This document shows positions 1-5,786 of a stretch of 25,363 bases of DNA, one piece after another. This DNA comes from a virus. Its lineage: Duplodnaviria; Caudoviricetes. The notes beneath the pieces are model-generated. The model worked only from the letters and a program-made list of their open reading frames with translations. It did not search any database and was not told the DNA's origin. Within the stretch, counting starts at the first letter, position 1. Each line of letters starts with the position of its first letter. The stretch spans positions 1 to 25,363 of IMG/VR virus record IMGVR_UViG_3300033076_000127, one strand, 5' to 3'. The position numbers and the translations under genes are program-made.

Positions 1-149
1 TCGGCGGCGATGGCCTTTATATGGCGTAGCAGGTGCAGGTTCTCATGGTCTGTATCTGCGTGGCGGCTGTAGAGCCGCGCGTAACCGATCATGAGCACGG
101 CGTTGCCGATCAGACTAATAACGGCCACCAAGGGGATAATGTCGCTCAT
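1..149 (-). CDS. small membrane-anchored hypothetical protein (partial, runs off window)
   Basis: Hand-translated MSDIIPLVAVISLIGNAVLMIGYARLYSRH...; hydrophobic N-terminus; ATG overlaps the upstream gene's TGA (ATGA). Confidence 0.6.
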   Translation of the reverse strand, partial: MSDIIPLVAVISLIGNAVLMIGYARLYSRHADTDHENLHLLRHIKAIAA

Positions 150-217
150 TCGTCGTTGTCCTCTTCCAGTACGATTGCGAGAGCGCCTAGCAGTAGCAAG
201 GCAAGGAAATAGCCCAT
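146..217 (-). CDS. 23-aa hydrophobic peptide
   Basis: MGYFLALLLLGALAIVLEEDNDE; fills the gap between neighbours exactly and has an ATGA overlap with the next gene. Confidence 0.45.
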   Translation of the reverse strand: MGYFLALLLLGALAIVLEEDNDE

Positions 218-219
218 GG

Positions 220-465
220 TCAGCCTCTGGCGTCCTGTAGGGCCTCAAAGTCACGCTCTAGGGCCTCTAGGTCGGCCTCTAGCGTGGCGATCTTGCGTTG
301 GGCTTCGCGCAGTTCGTCGTGCAGTTCGTCCAGTTCGTTGGGGTCTGGACTGTCCTCCAGCCGTTCACCAAGGGCGATTGCCAGTTCGGCGGATGGGTTG
401 TGCTTGGCTTCGTCGATCAGGCGCTTGTCGTCCTGCGCGCGCCAGTAGGTGCGGTCATGGGTCAT
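220..465 (-). CDS. hypothetical coiled-coil phage protein (81 aa)
   Basis: MTHDRTYWRAQDD...LEADLEALERDFEALQDARG; start moved to ATG 465, just after the upstream stop; heptad-like C-terminus. Confidence 0.7.
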   Translation of the reverse strand: MTHDRTYWRAQDDKRLIDEAKHNPSAELAIALGERLEDSPDPNELDELHDELREAQRKIATLEADLEALERDFEALQDARG

Positions 466-469
466 TGTC

Positions 470-766
470 TCACTTTCCCTTTGCTTTGGCGATGGCGGCG
501 CGGGCGCGTTCGCAAATAGCCTCGTTTCGATACGGCTCATTAAGTAGCTCAACGTCACCTAACAGTTCATCCAGCGCCGCCAACAGTTCGGGCGCGGCGG
601 CGATCAGGCGGGCGTTTGCGTCTTGTTCATCCAACGGCACGCTTGTGCGAGACGGGACGCAAGCGACAGCGCCGGGGCGGCGCGGTGAATGGATAGCGAA
701 AGGATTGGTGCTCCAACCCGTTGTCCTAAAAGACCACGGCCCCGGCGTGTGTGTTGCTTGTGTCAT
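470..766 (-). CDS. conserved phage early-region hypothetical protein (HTPGPW...ANARLIAAAPELL type)
   Basis: Carries the widespread phage motifs HTPGPW and DANARLIAAAPELLAAL; AGGAG RBS. Confidence 0.85.
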   Translation of the reverse strand: MTQATHTPGPWSFRTTGWSTNPFAIHSPRRPGAVACVPSRTSVPLDEQDANARLIAAAPELLAALDELLGDVELLNEPYRNEAICERARAAIAKAKGK

Positions 767-985
767 TGTGCTTGCTCCTCTTCGTCTTCGTCAGTTGGCG
801 CAGCATCGTCCAGAAAGGCCCATTTATCCTCAAATGCCTTTGAAGCGGCTTCACGTTCTTGGGGTGTCATTCGGGCGATTGCTGCCAGTTCTGCTTCGCG
901 CTCTGCTTTGCGCGCGGCTAACAGTCGGTCCTCTTCCTCGCGGAATAGGTCGCTTAGGTTTGTCTGCGTCATTGTGCTTGCTCCT
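762..985 (-). repeat. 18-bp direct repeat AGGAGCAAGCACAATGAC (762-779 and 968-985)
   Basis: Two identical copies, each spanning RBS, upstream stop and start codon. Confidence 0.9.
763..972 (-). CDS. small acidic hypothetical protein (69 aa)
   Basis: AGGAG RBS; ATGA overlaps at both ends; acidic tail DEDEEEQAQ. Confidence 0.75.
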   Translation of the reverse strand: MTQTNLSDLFREEEDRLLAARKAEREAELAAIARMTPQEREAASKAFEDKWAFLDDAAPTDEDEEEQAQ

Positions 986-1127
986 GTTGCTTGCGTTGAA
1001 GGTGCGCGATGATGCGCGGGTGTTGGTCGCGTAGGCGGTCGAGTAGGCGCTGCGTGCCTTGCACGATGGCCTTGCGGTGCAGCGCGTCTATGTCGGTTGG
1101 GTTATAGTGCGGGCGAGGGTCTGCCAT
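969..1127 (-). CDS. hypothetical protein (52 aa)
   Basis: Hand-translated MADPRPHYNPTDIDALHRKAIVQGTQRLLDRLRDQHPRIIAHLQRKQQEQAQ; stop overlaps the next ATG. Confidence 0.65.
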   Translation of the reverse strand: MADPRPHYNPTDIDALHRKAIVQGTQRLLDRLRDQHPRIIAHLQRKQQEQAQ

Positions 1128-1136
1128 TGTCAGCCC

Positions 1137-1235
1137 TTAGCGCTTGCGGTTCGGCCAGCAGGCGATTGCGCCCATGACGATCAGCATGATGATGACGAAA
1201 GCCTCGAAGGGCAGGATGTGGCTAATGTCGGTCAT
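1137..1235 (-). CDS. 32-aa single-pass membrane peptide
   Basis: MTDISHILPFEAFVIIMLIVMGAIACWPNRKR; AGGAG RBS; hydrophobic core with basic tail. Confidence 0.65.
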   Translation of the reverse strand: MTDISHILPFEAFVIIMLIVMGAIACWPNRKR

Positions 1236-1246
1236 GTCAGTTGCTC

Positions 1247-1513
1247 CTAGTCCAATACGGCGTTGATGGCGGCGCGGGGCGAGGCGTAGTCGCGCAAGTC
1301 AACGTCGCGCTCTACATTGCCCCAACCGTCAATGCGCTCCAACCAGCGGCCAGTGTCGTCAAGGCGCAAGCGCACAACGCGAGTGCCGTCCGACATAGTG
1401 CCAGCCTCAGCAAAGCAGCGAATGCGCTTGGTGTAAGTGCCGTCGTCCTGATTGCGCCAACCGAAGTCGATCAGCGTCAAGGCAACATGGTCCGCGATAT
1501 GCAGTACAGTCAT
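1247..1513 (-). CDS. hypothetical protein (88 aa), first gene of leftward operon
   Basis: MTVLHIADHVALTL...; start set at ATG 1513 behind GAGGAG and downstream of the promoter. Confidence 0.75.
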   Translation of the reverse strand: MTVLHIADHVALTLIDFGWRNQDDGTYTKRIRCFAEAGTMSDGTRVVRLRLDDTGRWLERIDGWGNVERDVDLRDYASPRAAINAVLD

Positions 1514-1544
1514 GGTCTGTTTGCTCCTCTGTGTTTGTGTCACC

Positions 1545-1572
1545 AGAATACGCTTTTGAGGGTAGCTGTCAA
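1545..1572 (-). promoter_or_regulatory. sigma70-type leftward promoter
   Basis: Minus strand TTGACA-16 nt-TATTCT, upstream of the RBS and ATG at 1513. Confidence 0.75.
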
Positions 1573-1593
1573 TAACAAAATGTGTTGGAAAAA

Positions 1594-1908
1594 TGATGGT
1601 CATTTTAGGTACCCCAAAATGACCACGCTTTCGGTTTGTCGTGCGACGAGTTGAGTGACGTTTAATCGCGCGATTAAATTGATGGTCATTTTTGGGGTGA
1701 GATGGGTAGGAAATGGGGTAGCAAAATGGGCACGGTATGGCCCACGCTGAAACCGCCGCGCTGCCTGACTTTCCGGGTTGCTATGGGTTAAATGGTCATT
1801 TTTAAGATGTGAACCTAGGATTATTGTAGTTGTTAAGAATGGTTCGCAATAAGGATATACAGCACTCCGTTCGTCGGCGACTTGGAAACTGAAAAAAAAT
1901 GACCATCA
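1594..1908. repeat. iteron-like TGGTCATTTT repeats (5 copies, both orientations); candidate replication origin or operator array
   Basis: Forward 1597-1606, 1683-1692, 1793-1802; reverse 1616-1625, 1896-1905; three copies extend to TGATGGTCATTTT. Confidence 0.75.
1661..1678. repeat. perfect 18-bp palindrome TTTAATCGCGCGATTAAA
   Basis: Sequence equals its own reverse complement. Confidence 0.9.
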
Positions 1909-1995
1909 TCCCCTCTCCGGTCCCGCGAAAAAAGCCGTTGCGTAGTTTGGGCTGTTGTGTTAGTTGGCATTTGGTCACGACCAAAGGAACCAGCC

Positions 1996-2244
1996 ATGCA
2001 AATTGACAAGCACGTGCCTCTCCCCGCGCCGCGCGCCTATCGCGGCAAGGGCGAACCAAAATATCCGTTTCGAGAGATGGTGCCGGGCGATAGCGCATTC
2101 TTCCCCGGCGAACATAAAAACAACAAGCACCACCCGGCGTACATGACTGCGCGAAACTACGTAAAGCGCAACGGCTGGCGCATAACAACGCGCGCCGTGA
2201 TTGAAGACGGCGTGAAAGGCATTCGCATTTGGCGAGTTGAATAA
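1996..2244 (+). CDS. conserved small phage protein, possibly DNA-binding (82 aa)
   Basis: AAGGA RBS; motif pattern IDKHVPLP...KYPFREM..GDS.F.P...GIRIWR is common in phage proteins; basic. Confidence 0.8.
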   Translation: MQIDKHVPLPAPRAYRGKGEPKYPFREMVPGDSAFFPGEHKNNKHHPAYMTARNYVKRNGWRITTRAVIEDGVKGIRIWRVE

Positions 2245-2273
2245 CACTACCCCAAGTACCCCATTAACAGAGT

Positions 2274-2305
2274 GCCACTCCGGTTTCGTGCCGGGGTGGC
2301 TTTCT
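2274..2305 (+). terminator. probable intrinsic terminator
   Basis: GCCACTCCGG-7 nt-CCGGGGTGGC stem (one G-U) followed by TTTCT, just downstream of the 2244 stop. Confidence 0.55.
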
Positions 2306-2524
2306 GCGTTCATGCTGCACTGCACAAAAGGCAAAGGGCCATCACGCCCGCCAGCCATATGTGTTTATGCGTATGCGTGCTTTCCCCTAGGCAAAAGGTC
2401 CATACGCAATTCCACGGAGGAATGCTTTTGGCTGATCGGCTGGCAGGGAGGGGGGAGGGGTGGGGCCGACGGGCGTGTGGCTGTCACGGGCACCGACCGC
2501 AGACAATTTTTTATTTTTTGAAAG

Positions 2525-2553
2525 TTGCAGCCAAAGCCGCAACACAGTATGCT
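2525..2553 (+). promoter_or_regulatory. late promoter for terS operon (probably leaderless)
   Basis: TTGCAG-17 nt-TATGCT preceded by a T-rich tract; ATG lies 7 nt after the -10; no Shine-Dalgarno. Confidence 0.6.
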
Positions 2554-2560
2554 GCAACCC

Positions 2561-3067
2561 ATGACCTTCTACTCACTGCCATTCACGCCCGAGCGCCCAG
2601 AGGCGACTGAGGCGCGTCTGGAGGCGATCTACGAAGCTGCACGCTATGGGCTGAAGGGCGACAGCCTAGCGATGGCGGCTGGCCTCACACCGGCGCAGTA
2701 CCGCAAGCTGCACGAGTTCGACCCGCTGGTTGAGATGGCCGAAATGAAAGGCCGGGCCGACGGCGAGTTCACCGCCGCCAAGACGCTGTACGACGCAGCA
2801 GCCGATGGCGACGCCACTGCCGCGCTGAACATCCTCAAGCATCAGCACGGCTGGGTCAGCAAACAATCTGTTGAGGTGTCAATAGAAGGCCAAATCAGCG
2901 TAATTGCAGCTTTGGAAAAAGCGCAAAAGCGTGTTATAGAAGGCCGATATACGGAAGTGGAGAGCGCGCCAACGCCCTCCACTCTCCTGACCGACCAACA
3001 AGAAGGATTTGTTGATGGCTACGCACTCAATAACGCAAGAACGCCTGAAAAGTCTACTGACGTATGA
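2561..3067 (+). CDS. terS: putative terminase small subunit
   Basis: First late gene, upstream of terL; HTH-like segment GLKGDSLAMAAGLTPAQYRKL, then helical region and AALNILKHQHGW..KQ.VEVSIEG pattern typical of TerS. Confidence 0.7.
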   Translation: MTFYSLPFTPERPEATEARLEAIYEAARYGLKGDSLAMAAGLTPAQYRKLHEFDPLVEMAEMKGRADGEFTAAKTLYDAAADGDATAALNILKHQHGWVSKQSVEVSIEGQISVIAALEKAQKRVIEGRYTEVESAPTPSTLLTDQQEGFVDGYALNNARTPEKSTDV

Positions 3068-3503
3068 CCCCGACACAGGCGAATTCCGCTGGCGCAAAAC
3101 CAACAAAGTTGCGGGCACTTTACACGCTGCTGGGTACTGGCGTGTGCATATAGACCGAAAACCCTACTTAGCGCATAGGTTAGCGTGGATGTACGTACAC
3201 GGTGCGTTCCCAACAAACAACATAGACCACATAAACCATAGCCGAAACGATAACCGCTTAAAAAATTTACGCCTTGTTACGCCGTCTGAAAACCAACACA
3301 ATCGGAAACGAACTACACAAAGTTCGTCAGGATTTTTAGGTGTGTCTTGGTTTGCACCCAAAAAGAAATGGCGTGCGTACATAAAAGCTAACGGTAAACG
3401 CTATCATTTAGGCTGGTTTTCTGACGTTAACTCAGCCGTTCAGGCGCGAAAAGCTGCTGAACGGCTATACCACCCAAGCAGGCCCTGTGATGCAACAGCC
3501 TAA
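3015..3503 (+). CDS. HNH homing endonuclease with C-terminal AP2-like domain
   Basis: LLTYDPDTGEFRW N-terminus; YLAHRLAW, IDHINHSRNDNRLKNLR (HNH); SGFLGVSW...KWRAYI...YHLGWF (AP2); AAGGA RBS; AT-richer than flanks. Confidence 0.93.
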   Translation: MATHSITQERLKSLLTYDPDTGEFRWRKTNKVAGTLHAAGYWRVHIDRKPYLAHRLAWMYVHGAFPTNNIDHINHSRNDNRLKNLRLVTPSENQHNRKRTTQSSSGFLGVSWFAPKKKWRAYIKANGKRYHLGWFSDVNSAVQARKAAERLYHPSRPCDATA

Positions 3504-5016
3504 ATATTCTGCGGCAGATGAAGTTGAGCTTATGGCGCGCCTATGGACGCCCAGCATCAAAGACGACCCGCTGGCGTTCGTATTGCTGGCGTTTCCGTGG
3601 AACGAGCAAGGCACACCGCTAGAGCATTTCAGCGGGCCGCGCCGGTGGCAGCGGCAAATCCTGTCCGACATCCGCGACCACATCAAGGCCAACCAAGGCA
3701 AGATGGACTTCGACGTATTCCGGGAAGCGGTGGCGTCAGGGCGCGGTATCGGCAAGTCAGCCCTAGTGTCATGGCTGGTCATCTGGATGCTATCGACCCG
3801 CATCGGGTCGACGACCATCGTGTCAGCCAACTCGGAAGCGCAGTTGCGGTCGGTGACATGGGCGGAAATCACCAAGTGGCTGGCGATGTCACTCAACTCG
3901 CACTGGTTCGAGGTGGCGGCGACGCGCATCATGCCCGCCAAATGGCTGACCGAGATCGTCGAGCGTGACCTGAAGAAAGGCACGCGCTACTGGTCGGTCG
4001 AAGGCCGACTGTGGTCGGAAGAGAACCCGGACGCATACGCGGGCGTTCACAACTTCGACGGTGTGCTGCTGGTGTTCGACGAAGCCAGCGGTATCCCGGA
4101 CAGCATCTGGTCGGTCGCGGATGGTTTCTTCACGGAAAACACGCCGCATCGCTTCCATGTCGCCTTTTCGAACCCGCGTCGCAACACCGGGTACTTCTAC
4201 GAGACGTTCCACTCCAAACGCAGCTTCTGGCGCACGCGCATCATCGACGCCCGCGACGTTGAGGGGACCGACAAAAACCTCTACCAGCGCATCATCGACG
4301 AGTACGGCGCGGACAGCTACCAAGCCAATGTTGAAGTCTATGGCAGGTTTCCGTCGGAAGGTGACGACCAGTTCATACCGGTCGATATTGTCGATCAGGC
4401 CATGCAGCGCCAGCGCTACAAGGACGAGACAGCCCCCATCGCTATCGGCGTCGATCCGGCGCGGTTCGGCAGCGACGCGACCGTCATCGCCGTGCGGCAG
4501 GGCCGCGACATCATCGACATCAAGCGCCTGCGCGGCTCAGACACGATGGAAGTCGTCGGGCACGTCATCGACGCCATCGAAGAGTACAAGCCGACGATGG
4601 TCGTCATCGACGAAGGTGGGCTGGGCGCAGGCATCGTGGACCGCCTCAAGGAGCAGCGGTACAAGATCAGGGGCGTCAACTTCGGCAATAAGGCCATGAA
4701 GCAACTCATGTACGGCAACAAGCGCGCCGAGATGTGGGGCGCCATGCGCGAGTGGCTCAAAACGGCCAGCATACCCAACGACCGCTTCCTGAAGTCGGAC
4801 CTGATCGGGCCTAAGCTGAAGCCCGACAGCAAGGGGACGATCTTCCTTGAGAGCAAGAAGGACATGAAGGCACGCGGGCTGGCCTCACCAGACGCCGCTG
4901 ACGCCATCGCAGTGACCTTCGCGTACCCGCTGGCGTCACGCGAAGCGCGCGTTGACAAGAAGCGCCCGCAAGCGTACTCTGCTGGTGGGATTTCTACATC
5001 TTGGATGGGGTCTTGA
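3490..5016 (+). CDS. terL: terminase large subunit
   Basis: Walker A SGRGIGKS, Walker B LLVFDEAS, coupling motif FSNP, nuclease motif IGVDPARFGSD and C-terminal SPDAADA. Confidence 0.96.
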   Translation: MQQPKYSAADEVELMARLWTPSIKDDPLAFVLLAFPWNEQGTPLEHFSGPRRWQRQILSDIRDHIKANQGKMDFDVFREAVASGRGIGKSALVSWLVIWMLSTRIGSTTIVSANSEAQLRSVTWAEITKWLAMSLNSHWFEVAATRIMPAKWLTEIVERDLKKGTRYWSVEGRLWSEENPDAYAGVHNFDGVLLVFDEASGIPDSIWSVADGFFTENTPHRFHVAFSNPRRNTGYFYETFHSKRSFWRTRIIDARDVEGTDKNLYQRIIDEYGADSYQANVEVYGRFPSEGDDQFIPVDIVDQAMQRQRYKDETAPIAIGVDPARFGSDATVIAVRQGRDIIDIKRLRGSDTMEVVGHVIDAIEEYKPTMVVIDEGGLGAGIVDRLKEQRYKIRGVNFGNKAMKQLMYGNKRAEMWGAMREWLKTASIPNDRFLKSDLIGPKLKPDSKGTIFLESKKDMKARGLASPDAADAIAVTFAYPLASREARVDKKRPQAYSAGGISTSWMGS

Positions 5017-5017
5017 C

Positions 5018-5284
5018 GTGGCTGACAAGAAAAAGTCCGTTTCGCTGGCCGTAGGACGGGGTGAAAAGCTGCCCGTGTCCAAGGGCGCGGGGCTGACTGC
5101 CAAGGGCCGTGCCAAGTATAACCGCGAAACGGGGTCAAACCTGAAGCCGCCGGCGCCCAACCCCAAGACGAAGGCAGATGCAGGCCGTAAGGCGTCGTTT
5201 TGCGCCAGAATGGGTGCTGTAGCGGCCAAGGCCAAGAACGGCGAACGGGCGAAAGCCAGCCTCAAGCGGTGGAAATGCTCATGA
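5018..5284 (+). CDS. conserved basic phage protein (88 aa; resembles DUF6321 from memory)
   Basis: GTG start 1 nt after terL stop; GLTAKGRAKYNRETGSNLK...RKASFCARM...SLKRWKC motif. Confidence 0.8.
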   Translation: MADKKKSVSLAVGRGEKLPVSKGAGLTAKGRAKYNRETGSNLKPPAPNPKTKADAGRKASFCARMGAVAAKAKNGERAKASLKRWKCS

Positions 5285-5430
5285 AAAAGGGTCTGTACGC
5301 CAACATTCACGCCAAAAAGGCCCGCATAGCGGCTGGATCAGGCGAAAAGATGCGTAAACCCGGCGCTAAGGGCGCTCCGACCGCAAAAGCGTTCCGTGAG
5401 AGCGCCAAAACCGCCAAGAAAGGCAAGTAA
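5281..5430 (+). CDS. small Lys-rich protein (49 aa)
   Basis: MKKGLYANIHAKKARIAAGSGEKMRKPGAKGAPTAKAFRESAKTAKKGK; ATGA overlap. Confidence 0.8.
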   Translation: MKKGLYANIHAKKARIAAGSGEKMRKPGAKGAPTAKAFRESAKTAKKGK

Positions 5431-5640
5431 ATGGCCCAGTACCCGATCCGCATTACGCTGCCCAAGGCCAAGCCGATGCAGCAGAACCGCCCCGCAGCGC
5501 CCATCACGCAGAAAGACCTCGACCGGCACGCCCGGATGCAGGGTCTGGAGGCCCGTGAGAGCATGTTGGTGAAGAAGAAGCCGCAGATCATCCGCACGAC
5601 CGTCAACGAGCGCCCGACGCCCACCAAGAAGGGTAAGTAA
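5431..5640 (+). CDS. small basic protein (69 aa)
   Basis: Directly abuts upstream stop; genome-typical codon usage; ends KKGK. Confidence 0.7.
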   Translation: MAQYPIRITLPKAKPMQQNRPAAPITQKDLDRHARMQGLEARESMLVKKKPQIIRTTVNERPTPTKKGK

Positions 5641-5641
5641 G

Positions 5642-5782
5642 ATGCCTCTCGTTAAGTCCACCAGCAAGGGCGCGTTCCGCAAGAACATCAAGGCTGAAGT
5701 CAAGGCCGGAAAGCCCGTGAAGCAGGCCGTCGCCATCGCCTACAGCGTCAAGCGCGAAGCCGCCAAGAAGGGCAAGAAGTAA
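5642..5782 (+). CDS. small Lys-rich protein (46 aa)
   Basis: Hand-translated MPLVKSTSKGAFRKNIKAEVKAGKPVKQAVAIAYSVKREAAKKGKK; KQAVAIAYS motif is common in such phage peptides. Confidence 0.8.
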   Translation: MPLVKSTSKGAFRKNIKAEVKAGKPVKQAVAIAYSVKREAAKKGKK

Positions 5783-5786
5783 CCAC

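Noticed and set aside
216-1654. Plus-strand ORFs 216-1034, 689-1012, 1059-1250, 1241-1654
   Set aside because: Antisense shadows of minus-strand genes that have RBSs, overlaps and a promoter; non-protein-like composition.
1594-1908. TGGTCATTTT repeats as a CRISPR array
   Set aside because: Repeats are only 10-13 bp, irregularly spaced, in both orientations, and no cas genes are present.
1938-1966. Possible promoter TTGCGT-17-TAGTTG for the 82-aa gene
   Set aside because: Plausible position but weak -10 match; not supportable from sequence alone.
2237-2610. ORFs 2237-2521, 2272-2610 and 2365-2562 in the pre-terS gap
   Set aside because: No RBS; they run through a terminator, G-tract and T-tract, so the region is better read as non-coding.
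3015-3503. HNH gene as part of a group I intron
   Set aside because: terS and terL frames are both intact and overlap the HNH ORF, leaving no room for intron core elements.
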